From assembly GCF_044324785.1 (NCBI RefSeq), contig NZ_CP172127.1: a stretch of DNA of 64,000 nucleotides. The stretch is one strand, 5' to 3'. The notes below the pieces were generated by a model. The model was not told the origin of the DNA. It did not search any database and was given only the letters and a program-made list of their open reading frames with translations. This document shows positions 7,360 to 17,360 of the stretch, piece by piece (position 1 is the stretch's first letter; each line of letters begins with the position of its first letter). The translations under genes were made by a program, and so were the position numbers. The stretch is from Escherichia coli (GTDB taxonomy: Bacteria; Pseudomonadota; Gammaproteobacteria; Enterobacterales; Enterobacteriaceae).

Positions 7360-9131
7360 CAGTAAAACTCCAGAATGGTGGATGTCAGCGGGGTGCTGAT
7401 ACCGGCGGTGAGTGGCTCATTTAACAGGGCGTGCATGGTCGCCCAGGCGAGGTCGGCGTGGCTGGCTTCCTCGCTGCGGCTGGCTTCATAGGTGGCGCTG
7501 CGTCCGCTGCTGGTCATGGTCTTGCGGATAGCCATAAACGAGCTGGTGATGTCGGTGGCGCTGACGTCATATTCCAGACAGCCACGGCGGATAACGTCTT
7601 TTGCCTTGAGCACCATTGCGGTTTTCATTTCCGGCGTGTAGCGGATATCACGCGCGGCGGGATAGAACGAGCGCACGAGCTGGAACACGCCGACACCGAG
7701 GCCGGTGGCATCAATACCGATGTATTCGACGTTGTATTTTTCGGTGAGTTTGCGGATGGATTCAGCTTGGGTGGCAAAGTCCATGCCTTTCCACTGGTGA
7801 CGCTCAAGTATTCTGAATTTGCCACCGGCCACCACCGGCGGTGCCAGTACCACGCATCCGGCGCTGTCGCCACGGTGTGACGGGTCGTAACCAATCCATA
7901 CCGGGCGGGAGCCGAACGGATTGGCGGCAAACGGCGCATAGTCTTCCCATTCTTCCAGCGTGTCGACCATGCAGCGTTGCAGCTCCTCGAACGGGAACAC
8001 CGATGCCTTGTCGTCAACAAATTCACACATGAACAGGTTTTTAAAATCGTCGGCGCTGTTTTCGCGTTTGAGCTGCTCAATGTCGAACAGCGTGCAGCCG
8101 CCTTTCAGGGCATCCTCAATGGTGACAATCTGCCGCCACTGGCCGTCCGCACAGAGAAGCCCACCGGCAAGGGCGTTATGACTGACGTCGATTTCCACAC
8201 GTTCGGCGGCGCTGGCGCGTCCCCGGTTGAACAGTTCACCTGACCAGAACGGGTAGGCGTCGTGCGCCAGCGTGGACGGGGTGGAGAAATAGGTCGAGCG
8301 CAGGTGACTCTGTGAGGCCATACCTGATGCCACCTTACGCAGTACCTGAAAATTCGGGATCCAGAAAATCTCATCGACGTACAGGTCGCCGTTATGGCTC
8401 TGCGCGGTGTTGGAGTTTGTGCCGAGAAAAATCAGTTTTGCGCCGTTATTGCCCAGGACAATCGGGTCACCGGTCAGGTCAACGTCAACCAGACGGGCAA
8501 AGGCGATGATGTATTCACGGAATACATACGCCTGCGTTTTACTGGCCGACAGAAAAATCTGGTTATGGCCGGTTTTCAGGGCGCGCAGCAGCGCCTCGCG
8601 GGAAAAATAAAACGTTGCGCCAATCTGGCGGGATTTCAGGATATCGCGGATGCGGTGCTCAAGCCCGGCGCGATACCAGTGCAACTGATAGTCGAAAGAC
8701 TGCTCAAAGAAAATCTGCTCCAGCTTTTCGATGGCCTCGTCACTGAAAAAATTCTTTTTCGGTTTGCGACGCCCGCCTTTGTTGCGGTTAGCGACGTTCG
8801 GATTAAGGTCTGCCTCGTTGCCGGTCTGACTGTAGCGGTTTATCCGTGCCAGTCGTTCAATCTGGCGTCCGAGCAGGTCAATTTCCTTGAAGTCACCACC
8901 GGTTTTCTGCGGTTTGATGATGAGCTGGGTCAGTCGCGCTTCCAGACTCATTTCGACACGGCTGATGGGGGCAACGCTGTCCCAGCCGTCGCGCTGTTTC
9001 CAGCTCTGCACCGTCGGGCGTTTCATCTGCAACATGGCGGCAATCTGCGGCACGGAAAACCCCTGCCAGTACAGCAGCGCCGCCTGACGACGCGGGTCGT
9101 GTAAAAGAGTGGTGTCTGTGGTGATGGTCAT
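7359..9131 (-). CDS. P: Terminase large (ATPase) subunit gpP (590 aa)
   Basis: ORF track gives 7359..9161. Start trimmed to the internal Met (MTITTDTTLL) that matches the P2 gpP N-terminus and length. Confidence 0.9.
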   Translation of the reverse strand: MTITTDTTLLHDPRRQAALLYWQGFSVPQIAAMLQMKRPTVQSWKQRDGWDSVAPISRVEMSLEARLTQLIIKPQKTGGDFKEIDLLGRQIERLARINRYSQTGNEADLNPNVANRNKGGRRKPKKNFFSDEAIEKLEQIFFEQSFDYQLHWYRAGLEHRIRDILKSRQIGATFYFSREALLRALKTGHNQIFLSASKTQAYVFREYIIAFARLVDVDLTGDPIVLGNNGAKLIFLGTNSNTAQSHNGDLYVDEIFWIPNFQVLRKVASGMASQSHLRSTYFSTPSTLAHDAYPFWSGELFNRGRASAAERVEIDVSHNALAGGLLCADGQWRQIVTIEDALKGGCTLFDIEQLKRENSADDFKNLFMCEFVDDKASVFPFEELQRCMVDTLEEWEDYAPFAANPFGSRPVWIGYDPSHRGDSAGCVVLAPPVVAGGKFRILERHQWKGMDFATQAESIRKLTEKYNVEYIGIDATGLGVGVFQLVRSFYPAARDIRYTPEMKTAMVLKAKDVIRRGCLEYDVSATDITSSFMAIRKTMTSSGRSATYEASRSEEASHADLAWATMHALLNEPLTAGISTPLTSTILEFY

Positions 9132-9304
9132 GAATACCTCGCCGTGATGAATACACGGCAAGGCTACTGAGTCGCGCCCTGCGATTCGCTAAGGTGCTGT
9201 TGTGTCAGTGATAAGCCATCCGGGACTGATGGCGGAGGATGCGCATCGTCGGGAAACTGATGCCGACATGTGACTCCTCTAATCACTATTCAGGACTCCT
9301 GACA
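9132..9304. promoter_or_regulatory. Divergent late promoter region between P (leftward) and O (rightward)
   Basis: Intergenic spacer between divergently oriented late operons. In P2 this spacer holds the Ogr-dependent late promoters. Individual promoter elements not resolved by eye. Confidence 0.5.
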
Positions 9305-10159
9305 ATGGCAAAAAAAGTCTCAAAATTCTTTCGTATCGGCGTTGAGGGTGACACCTGTGACGGGCGTGTCATCAGTGCGCAGGATATTCAGGAAATGGCC
9401 GAAACCTTTGACCCGCGTGTCTATGGTTGCCGCATTAACCTGGAACATCTGCGCGGCATCCTGCCTGACGGCATTTTTAAACGTTATGGCGATGTGGCCG
9501 AACTGAAGGCCGAAAAGATTGACGATGATTCGGCGCTGAAAGGCAAATGGGCGCTGTTTGCGAAAATCACCCCGACCGATGACCTTATCGCGATGAACAA
9601 GGCCGCGCAGAAGGTCTACACCTCAATGGAAATTCAGCCGAACTTTGCCAACACCGGCAAATGTTATCTGGTGGGGCTGGCCGTCACCGATGACCCGGCA
9701 AGCCTCGGCACGGAATACCTGGAATTCTGCCGCACGGCAAAACACAACCCTCTGAACCGCTTCAAATTAAGCCCTGAAAACCTGATTTCAGTGGCAACGC
9801 CTGTTGAGCTGGAATTTGAAGACCTGCCTGAAACCGTGTTCACCGCCCTGACCGAAAAGGTGAAGTCCATTTTTGGCCGCAAACAGGCCAGCGATGATGC
9901 CCGTCTGAATGACGTGCATGAAGCGGTGACCGCTGTTGCTGAACATGTGCAGGAAAAACTGAGCGCCACTGAGCAGCGCCTCGCGGAGATGGAAACCGCC
10001 TTTTCCGCACTTAAGCAGGAGGTGACTGACAGGGCGGATGAAACCAGCCAGGCATTCACCCGCCTGAAAAACAGTCTCGACCACACCGAAAGTCTGACCC
10101 AGCAGCGCCGCAGCAAGGCCACCGGCGGTGGCGGTGACGCCCTGATGACGAACTGCTGA
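9305..10159 (+). CDS. O: Capsid scaffolding protein gpO (284 aa)
   Basis: ORF track starts at 9239. Trimmed to MAKKVSKFF, which matches the P2 gpO start and length. Confidence 0.9.
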   Translation: MAKKVSKFFRIGVEGDTCDGRVISAQDIQEMAETFDPRVYGCRINLEHLRGILPDGIFKRYGDVAELKAEKIDDDSALKGKWALFAKITPTDDLIAMNKAAQKVYTSMEIQPNFANTGKCYLVGLAVTDDPASLGTEYLEFCRTAKHNPLNRFKLSPENLISVATPVELEFEDLPETVFTALTEKVKSIFGRKQASDDARLNDVHEAVTAVAEHVQEKLSATEQRLAEMETAFSALKQEVTDRADETSQAFTRLKNSLDHTESLTQQRRSKATGGGGDALMTNC

Positions 10160-10216
10160 CCGGCATCAGTCATCCGGGAAAACCTTCACGATTAACCCTT
10201 AATTTCAGGAAAAACT

Positions 10217-11290
10217 ATGCGCCAGGAAACCCGCTTTAAATTTAATGCCTACCTGTCCCGTGTTGCCGAACTGAACGGCATCGACGCCGGTGATGTGTCG
10301 AAAAAATTCACCGTTGAACCGTCGGTCACCCAGACCCTGATGAACACCATGCAGGAGTCCTCTGACTTTCTGACCCGCATCAACATTGTGCCGGTCAGCG
10401 AAATGAAAGGGGAAAAAATTGGCATCGGTGTCACCGGCTCCATCGCCAGCACCACCGACACCGCCGGTGGCACCGAGCGTCAGCCGAAGGACTTCTCGAA
10501 GCTGGCGTCAAACAAGTACGAATGCGACCAGATTAACTTCGATTTTTATATCCGCTACAAAACGCTTGACCTGTGGGCGCGTTATCAGGATTTCCAGCTC
10601 CGTGTCCGTAACGCCATTATCAAACGCCAGTCCCTTGATTTCATCATGGCCGGTTTTAACGGCGTGAAGCGTGCCGAAACCTCTGACCGCAGCAGCAATC
10701 CGATGTTGCAGGATGTGGCGGTCGGCTGGCTGCAGAAATACCGCAATGAAGCACCGGCGCGCGTGATGAGCAAGGTCACTGACGAGGAAGGTCACACGAC
10801 CTCTGAGGTCATCCGCGTGGGTAAGGGCGGTGATTATGCCAGCCTTGATGCACTGGTGATGGATGCGACCAACAACCTGATCGAACCGTGGTATCAGGAA
10901 GACCCTGACCTTGTGGTGATAGTGGGACGTCAGTTACTGGCGGACAAGTATTTCCCCATCGTTAACAAGGAGCAGGACAACAGCGAAATGCTGGCCGCTG
11001 ACGTCATCATCAGCCAGAAACGCATCGGCAACCTGCCAGCGGTACGCGTCCCGTACTTCCCGGCGGATGCGATGCTCATCACGAAGCTGGAAAACCTGTC
11101 CATCTACTACATGGATGACAGCCATCGCCGCGTGATTGAGGAAAACCCGAAACTCGACCGCGTGGAGAACTACGAGTCAATGAACATTGATTACGTGGTG
11201 GAGGACTACGCCGCCGGTTGTCTGGTGGAAAAAATTAAGGTCGGTGATTTCTCCACACCGGCTAAAGCGACCGCAGAGCCGGGAGCGTAA
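10217..11290 (+). CDS. N: Major capsid protein gpN (357 aa)
   Basis: Length and position in the O-N-M-L head module. Confidence 0.9.
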   Translation: MRQETRFKFNAYLSRVAELNGIDAGDVSKKFTVEPSVTQTLMNTMQESSDFLTRINIVPVSEMKGEKIGIGVTGSIASTTDTAGGTERQPKDFSKLASNKYECDQINFDFYIRYKTLDLWARYQDFQLRVRNAIIKRQSLDFIMAGFNGVKRAETSDRSSNPMLQDVAVGWLQKYRNEAPARVMSKVTDEEGHTTSEVIRVGKGGDYASLDALVMDATNNLIEPWYQEDPDLVVIVGRQLLADKYFPIVNKEQDNSEMLAADVIISQKRIGNLPAVRVPYFPADAMLITKLENLSIYYMDDSHRRVIEENPKLDRVENYESMNIDYVVEDYAAGCLVEKIKVGDFSTPAKATAEPGA

Positions 11291-11293
11291 CCG

Positions 11294-12037
11294 ATGACGA
11301 GTCCCGCACAGCGCCACATGATGCGGGTCTCGGCAGCGATGACCGCGCAGCGGGAAGCCGCCCCGCTGCGACATGCAACTGTCTATGAGCAGATGCTGGT
11401 CAAGCTGGCCGCAGACCAGCGCACACTGAAAGCGATTTATTCAAAAGAGCTGAAGGCCGCGAAAAAACGCGAACTGCTGCCGTTCTGGTTGCCGTGGGTG
11501 AACGGCGTGCTGGAGCAGGGCAAAGGTGCACAGGATGACATTCTGATGACGGTCATGCTGTGGCGTCTGGATACCGGCGATATTGCCGGTGCGCTGGAGA
11601 TTGCCCGTTATGCCCTGAAGTACGGTCTGACCATGCCGGGTAAACACCGCCGCACCCCGCCGTACATGTTCACCGAGGAGGTGGCGCTTGCGGCCATGCG
11701 CGCTCACGCTGCCGGTGAGTCTGTGGATACCCGCCTGCTGACGGACACCCTTGAACTGACCGCCACGGCTGACATGCCTGATGAAGTGCGCGCAAAGCTG
11801 CACAAAATCACCGGTCTGTTTCTGCGTGACGCTGGTGATGCCGCAGGGGCGCTGGCGCACCTGCAACGTGCGACACAGCTCGACTGTCAGGCAGGCGTCA
11901 AAAAAGAGATTGAACGACTGGAGCGGGAACTGAAACCGAAGCCGGAGCCACAGCCAAAAGCGGCCACCCGCGCCCCGCGTAAGACCCGGAGTGCGACACC
12001 GGCAAAACGTGGACGCCCGAAAAAGAAAGCCAGTTAA
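11294..12037 (+). CDS. M: Terminase small (endonuclease) subunit gpM (247 aa)
   Basis: Position after N. Basic C-terminal tail. Confidence 0.9.
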   Translation: MTSPAQRHMMRVSAAMTAQREAAPLRHATVYEQMLVKLAADQRTLKAIYSKELKAAKKRELLPFWLPWVNGVLEQGKGAQDDILMTVMLWRLDTGDIAGALEIARYALKYGLTMPGKHRRTPPYMFTEEVALAAMRAHAAGESVDTRLLTDTLELTATADMPDEVRAKLHKITGLFLRDAGDAAGALAHLQRATQLDCQAGVKKEIERLERELKPKPEPQPKAATRAPRKTRSATPAKRGRPKKKAS

Positions 12038-12136
12038 CAACCGAATGCGCCCCGCGCCAGGGCGGCACGCCGGTCAGTGAGGGTGAATCACCTGACACTG
12101 CACCGGCGTCCACCGCCCGACTTTTCAGAGGTAGTC

Positions 12137-12646
12137 ATGATGACGCTGATTATTCCGCGAAAGGAGGCTCCCGTGTCCGGTGAGGGTACGGTGGTCATCC
12201 CGCAACCGGCAGGCGACGAGCCGGTGATTAAAAACACGTTCTTTTTTCCCGATATCGACCCGAAGCGCGTCCGGGAACGTATGCGCCTTGAGCAGACCGT
12301 CGCCCCCGCCCGTCTGCGAGAGGCCATCAAGTCAGGCATGGCTGAAACGAATGCGGAGCTGTACGAGTACCGCGAACAGAAAATTGCTGCCGGTTTTACG
12401 CGTCTGGTGGACGTCCCGGCGGACGACATCGACGGTGAAAGCATCAAAGTTTTTTATTACGAGCGCGCCGTGTGTGCGATGGCGACCGCGTCGCTTTATG
12501 AACGTTATCGCGGTGTGGATGCCAGTGCGAAAGGCGACAAGAAGGCCGACAGCATTGACAGCACCATTGATGAACTGTGGCGGGATATGCGCTGGGCGGT
12601 GGCGCGTATCCAGGACAAGCCACGCTGCATCGTGAGTCAAATCTGA
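12137..12646 (+). CDS. L: Head completion protein gpL (169 aa)
   Basis: ORF track starts at 12077. Trimmed to MMTLIIPRKE, consistent with P2 gpL length. Confidence 0.85.
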   Translation: MMTLIIPRKEAPVSGEGTVVIPQPAGDEPVIKNTFFFPDIDPKRVRERMRLEQTVAPARLREAIKSGMAETNAELYEYREQKIAAGFTRLVDVPADDIDGESIKVFYYERAVCAMATASLYERYRGVDASAKGDKKADSIDSTIDELWRDMRWAVARIQDKPRCIVSQI

Positions 12647-12849
12647 TGAAGACCTTTGCGCTACAGGGCGACACGCTCGACGCCATTTGTGTCCGGTATT
12701 ACGGGCGCACTGAGGGCGTGGTCGAGGCCGTGCTCGCCGCAAATCCGGGACTGGCTGAACTGGGTGCGGTGCTGCCGCACGGCACCGCCGTCGAACTGCC
12801 CGACGTTCAGACCGCGCCCGTGGCTGAAACTGTCAATCTGTGGGAGTAA
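12646..12849 (+). CDS. X: Tail protein gpX (67 aa)
   Basis: ATG overlaps the L stop (ATGA). Translation MKTFALQGDTLDAICVRYYGR. Confidence 0.85.
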   Translation: MKTFALQGDTLDAICVRYYGRTEGVVEAVLAANPGLAELGAVLPHGTAVELPDVQTAPVAETVNLWE

Positions 12850-12852
12850 CAC

Positions 12853-13134
12853 ATGACAGCAGAAGAAAAAAGCGTCCTGTCGCTTTTCATGATTGGGGTG
12901 CTGATTGTTGTCGGCAAGGTGCTTGCCGGTGGTGAACCCATTACCCCGCGTCTGTTTATCGGGCGCATGTTGCTCGGTGGTTTTGTCTCGATGGTTGCCG
13001 GTGTTGTTCTGGTGCAGTTCCCTGACCTGTCACTGCCTGCGGTGTGCGGCATCGGCTCCATGCTGGGTATCGCCGGTTATCAGGTGATTGAGATTGCCAT
13101 TCAGCGCCGCTTTAAGGGCAGGGGGAAACAGTAA
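12853..13134 (+). CDS. Y: Holin gpY (93 aa)
   Basis: Small hydrophobic protein with transmembrane segments, immediately upstream of the endolysin. Confidence 0.85.
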   Translation: MTAEEKSVLSLFMIGVLIVVGKVLAGGEPITPRLFIGRMLLGGFVSMVAGVVLVQFPDLSLPAVCGIGSMLGIAGYQVIEIAIQRRFKGRGKQ

Positions 13135-13631
13135 TGCAGGTAATTAACACGCATCAGAATATCGCCGCCTTTCTCGACATGCTGGCCGTGTCCGAAGGGA
13201 CGGCGAATCATCCGCTGACGAAAAACCGGGGCTATGACGTGATAGTCACCGGACTGGACGGAAAGCCGGAAATTTTCACCGACTACAGTGACCACCCGTT
13301 CGCACATGGCCGACCGGCGAAGGTGTTTAACCGTCGCGGTGAAAAATCAACGGCCTCCGGTCGCTATCAGCAGCTTTACCTGTTCTGGCCGCATTACCGC
13401 AAACAGCTTGCCCTGCCGGATTTCAGTCCGTTGTCACAGGACAGACTCGCCATTCAGTTGATCCGCGAACGCGGTGCACTGGATGACATCCGGGCGGGAC
13501 GTATTGAGCGCGCCATTTCACGCTGTCGCAATATCTGGGCGTCCCTGCCGGGTGCCGGTTACGGTCAGCGTGAGCATTCACTGGAAAAACTGGTCACCGT
13601 CTGGCGTACCGCTGGCGGCGTACCGGCTTAA
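13134..13631 (+). CDS. K: Endolysin (lysozyme-like) gpK (165 aa)
   Basis: Position in the lysis cassette, size, and start overlapping the holin stop. Confidence 0.9.
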   Translation: MQVINTHQNIAAFLDMLAVSEGTANHPLTKNRGYDVIVTGLDGKPEIFTDYSDHPFAHGRPAKVFNRRGEKSTASGRYQQLYLFWPHYRKQLALPDFSPLSQDRLAIQLIRERGALDDIRAGRIERAISRCRNIWASLPGAGYGQREHSLEKLVTVWRTAGGVPA

Positions 13632-13645
13632 ACGGAGTAAACACC

Positions 13646-14071
13646 ATGAAGAAATTATCCCTTTCACTGATGCTGAACGTGTCGCTGGCGCTGATGCTGG
13701 CACTGTCCCTGATTTACCCGCAGAGCGTGGCCGTCAGTTTTGTCGCTGCCTGGGCGATTCTGGCGACGGTTATCTGTGTGGTTGCCGGTGGTGTCGGCGT
13801 TTATGCCACTGAGTATGTGCTGGAACGCTACGGGCGGGAGCTGCCGCCGGAGTCGCTGGCCGTGAAGATTGTCATGTCGCTGTTTTTGCAGCCAGTGCCG
13901 TGGTGCAGACGGGCGGCGGCTCTGGTGGTGATGGTGGCGACATTTATCTCGCTGGTCGCTGCCGGGTGGATTTTTACCGCGCTGATTTATCTCGTGGCGT
14001 CGGTGTTCTTCCGGCTGATACGTACGGCCTGCCGTCAACGTCTTGAGGGGCGGGAACCATGTCAAAGCTGA
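13646..14071 (+). CDS. lysA: Lysis timing protein LysA (141 aa, membrane)
   Basis: Hydrophobic ORF following K, as in P2. Confidence 0.8.
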   Translation: MKKLSLSLMLNVSLALMLALSLIYPQSVAVSFVAAWAILATVICVVAGGVGVYATEYVLERYGRELPPESLAVKIVMSLFLQPVPWCRRAAALVVMVATFISLVAAGWIFTALIYLVASVFFRLIRTACRQRLEGREPCQS

Positions 14072-14484
14072 TGATTGTGATGGTTGTGTTGTTATCGCTG
14101 GCGGTGGCGGGGCTGTTTCTGGCGAAGCATGAAAACGCCAGCCTGCGCGCCTCGCTGGACAGGGTGAACAACGTCGCCAGTGAACAGCAGACGACCATCA
14201 CCATGCTGAAAAATCAGCTTCATGTTGCCCTCACCAGGGCAGACAAAAACGAGCTGGCGCAGGTGGCACTGCGTCAGGAACTGGAGAACGCCGCGAAGCG
14301 TGAAGCACAGCGCGAGAAAACCATCACGAGGTTACTTAATGAAAACGAAGATTTTCGCCGCTGGTACGGCGCTGACCTGCCTGATGCTGTGCGCCGGTTG
14401 CACCAGCGCCCCGCCTGCACCGACGCCAGTGATTGTCCACAACGCCTGCCCGAAAGTGAGCCTTTGCCCGATGCCGGGCAGTGA
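14059..14484 (+). CDS. lysB: LysB, Rz-like inner-membrane spanin (141 aa)
   Basis: N-terminal transmembrane segment followed by a coiled-coil-like region. Position after lysA. Confidence 0.8.
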   Translation: MSKLMIVMVVLLSLAVAGLFLAKHENASLRASLDRVNNVASEQQTTITMLKNQLHVALTRADKNELAQVALRQELENAAKREAQREKTITRLLNENEDFRRWYGADLPDAVRRLHQRPACTDASDCPQRLPESEPLPDAGQ

Positions 14485-14629
14485 CCCGCAGACGAACGGT
14501 GATTTAAGTGCCGATATCCGGCAGCTTGAGAACGCGCTGGCACGCTGTGCCAGCCAGGTAAAAATGATTAAACACTGTCAGGACGAAAACGATGCTCAAA
14601 CCCGACAGCCTGCGCAGGGCGCTGACTGA
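14339..14629 (+). CDS. lysC: LysC, Rz1-like outer-membrane lipoprotein spanin (96 aa), embedded out of frame in lysB
   Basis: Internal start MKTKIFAAGTALTCLMLCAGC with lipobox LCAGC. Lies in the +1 frame overlapping the 3' part of lysB and the start of R. Confidence 0.7.
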   Translation: MKTKIFAAGTALTCLMLCAGCTSAPPAPTPVIVHNACPKVSLCPMPGSDPQTNGDLSADIRQLENALARCASQVKMIKHCQDENDAQTRQPAQGAD

Positions 14630-15059
14630 TGCCGTCACGGTGCTGAAAACCAGTCCCGAGATGTTGCGGATATTCGTGGATAACGGGAGTATTGCCTCCA
14701 CGCTGGCGACGTCGTTGTCATTCGAAAAGCGTTACACGCTCAATGTGATTGTGACCGACTTTACCGGTGATTTTGACCTGCTCATCGTGCCGGTGCTGGC
14801 GTGGCTGCGGGAAAATCAGCCCGACATCATGACCACCGACGAAGGTCAGAAAAAAGGTTTCACGTTTTATGCAGACATCAACAATGACAGCAGCTTTGAT
14901 ATCAGCATCAGCCTGATGCTGACCGAGCGCACGCTGGTCAGTGAGGTGGACGGCGCGCTGCATGTGAAGAATATCCCGGAACCCACGCCGCCGGAGCCGG
15001 CCACCCGCCCGATGGAGCTTTATATCAATGGCGAACTGGTGAGCAAGTGGGATGAATGA
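14592..15059 (+). CDS. R: Tail completion protein gpR (155 aa)
   Basis: Position and size. Confidence 0.85.
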   Translation: MLKPDSLRRALTDAVTVLKTSPEMLRIFVDNGSIASTLATSLSFEKRYTLNVIVTDFTGDFDLLIVPVLAWLRENQPDIMTTDEGQKKGFTFYADINNDSSFDISISLMLTERTLVSEVDGALHVKNIPEPTPPEPATRPMELYINGELVSKWDE

Positions 15060-15504
15060 GTTTAAGCGTTTTGAAGACCGGCTGACCGGACTGACTGAGT
15101 CGCTGTCACCGTCAGGGCGTCGGCGACTGAGCGCCGAACTGGCGAAACGTCTGCGGCAGAGTCAGCAGCGTCGGGTGATGGCACAGAAAGCCCCGGATGG
15201 CACACCCTATGCGCCACGCCAGCAGCAGAGCGCCAGAAAAAAGACCGGTCGTGTTAAGCGAAAAATGTTTGCGAAACTTATCACCAGTCGTTTTTTGCAT
15301 ATCCGCGCCAGCCCGGAACAGGCATCAATGGAATTTTACGGCGGGAAGTCGCCGAAAATCGCCAGTGTGCATCAGTTCGGTCTGTCGGAAGAAACCCGGA
15401 AAGACGGTAAGAAAATTGATTATCCGGCGCGTCCTCTGCTCGGCTTTACCGGTGAGGATGTGCAGATGATTGAAGAGATTATCCTGGCTCACCTTGAGCG
15501 TTAG
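15052..15504 (+). CDS. S: Tail completion protein gpS (150 aa)
   Basis: Position and size. Overlaps the R stop. Confidence 0.85.
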   Translation: MNEFKRFEDRLTGLTESLSPSGRRRLSAELAKRLRQSQQRRVMAQKAPDGTPYAPRQQQSARKKTGRVKRKMFAKLITSRFLHIRASPEQASMEFYGGKSPKIASVHQFGLSEETRKDGKKIDYPARPLLGFTGEDVQMIEEIILAHLER

Positions 15505-16131
15505 TTTTATCCAGGCAGAGGCTGATGCGCAATTAAACATTGAGCGGCCATGCTGGTCGCTCAATGTTTAGAGGTTTATGAGTGATTTTTATTTGATGCT
15601 TTGTATTCTAAAACCTTCTTATTGGCGTAAAAGAATTTTGTATATGACAGGAATATAACCAGACCTGAAGTGAAATAGACGAGGGATAGTATTAATAATG
15701 CTTTTTTGTGACTGTTATTATCTTTAATCTCCTGGCTTAACCATTCGGAGTCCTCCTCGTTTAGCTGTAAGAGCTTATTGCAGGCGATCTCAGGAAGTGT
15801 GTCTTTTATAAATACGTTTTGCAGTCTCTTGCAATCGGCAAGGCTATAAGTTTTATTAAATTCAACTGCTTTATTTTTGAAGGATAAAAGAACTTTGTCA
15901 CTATAAACATAGTACATCATGTTTTTATATGGTATGCCTATGGCATCCCTTACTATAACGGATTGTACGTTGTGTATGTAACATGCGAGGAGAATGTAAA
16001 AAATACTGGCCAGAATTACAATTATTGTTTTAATTATGTGTAGACTGGCCCCCTGAATCTCCAGACAACCAATATCACTTAAATAAGTGATAGTCTTAAT
16101 ACTAGTTTTTAGACTAGTCATTGGAGAGCAG

Positions 16132-16497
16132 ATGATTGATGTCTTAGGACCGGAGAAACGCAGACGGCGTACTACACAGGAAAAGATCGCTATTGTTCAG
16201 CAGAGTTTTGAACCGGGAATGACGGTCTCCCTTGTTGCCCGGCAACACGGTGTGGCAGCCAGCCAGTTATTTCTCTGGCGCAAGCAATACCAGGAGGGAA
16301 GTCTTACTGCTGTGGCCGCAGGAGAGCAGGTCGTTCCTGCCTCTGAACTTGCTGCTGCCATGAAGCAGATTAAAGAACTCCAGCGCCTGCTCGGCAAAAA
16401 AACGATGGAAAATGAACTCCTTAAAGAAGCCGTTGAATACGGGCGTGCAAAAAAGTGGATAGCGCACGCGCCCTTATTGCCCGGGGATGGGGAGTAA
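16132..16497 (+). CDS. insC: IS2 transposase OrfA, InsC (121 aa)
   Basis: Start [24 protein letters not shown] with upstream GGAGAG Shine-Dalgarno. HTH-containing N-terminus. The GTG at 16087 in the ORF track is rejected as the start. Confidence 0.9.
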
Positions 16498-17360
16498 GCT
16501 TAGTCAGCCGTTGTCTCCGGGTGTCGCGTGCGCAGTTGCACGTAATTCTCAGACGAACCGATGACTGGAAAGATGGTCGCCGCAGCCGTCACTCAGATGA
16601 TACGGATGTGCTTCTCCGTATACACCATGTTATCGGAGAGCTGCCCACGTATGGTTATCGTCGGGTATGGGCGCTGCTTCGCAGACAGGCCGAACTTGAT
16701 GGTATGCCTGCGATCAATGCCAAACGTGTTTACCGGATCATGCGCCAGAATGCGCTGTTGCTTGAGCGAAAAACCGCTGTACCGCCATCGAAACGGGCAC
16801 ATACTGGCAAAGTGGCCGTGAAAGAAAGCAATCAACGATGGTGCTCTGACGGGTTCGAGTTCCGCTGTGATAACGGAGAAAAACTGCGAGTCACGTTCGC
16901 GCTGGACTGCTGTGACCGTGAGGCACTGCACTGGGCAGTCACTACGGGCGGCTTCGACAGTGAAACAGTACAGGACGTAATGCTGGGAGCGGTGGAACGC
17001 CGCTTCGGCAACGAGCTTCCGGCGTCTCCAGTAGAGTGGCTGACGGATAATGGTTCATGCTACCGGGCTAATGAAACACGGCAGTTTGCCCGGATGTTGG
17101 GGCTTGAACCGAAGAACACGGCGGTGCGGAGTCCGGAGAGTAACGGCATAGCAGAGAGCTTCGTGAAAACGATAAAGCGTGACTACATCAGTATCATGCC
17201 TAAACCAGACGGGTTAACGGCAGCAAAGAACCTTGCAGAGGCGTTCGAGCATTATAACGAATGGCATCCGCATAGTGCACTGGGTTATCGCTCGCCACGG
17301 GAATATCTGCGGCAGCAGGCCAGTAATGGGTTAAGTGATAACAGGTGTCTGGAAATATAG
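16455..17360 (+). CDS. insD: IS2 transposase OrfB, InsD (301 aa, DDE catalytic domain)
   Basis: Overlaps insC in the -1 frame, the typical IS3-family frameshift arrangement. Translation [19 protein letters not shown].... Confidence 0.9.

Noticed and set aside
8394-9104. 236-aa plus-strand ORF inside the terminase P gene
   Set aside because: Antisense to a strongly supported, full-length terminase gene. No independent start signals.
9239-9304. N-terminal extensions offered by the ORF track for O, and likewise for L, V, ogr, udk, yegP, yegH, yegD, mdtA, P and insC
   Set aside because: The longest ORFs begin upstream of the conserved N-termini. Starts were trimmed to internal Met or GTG codons that match known protein lengths and, where checked, have Shine-Dalgarno sequences.
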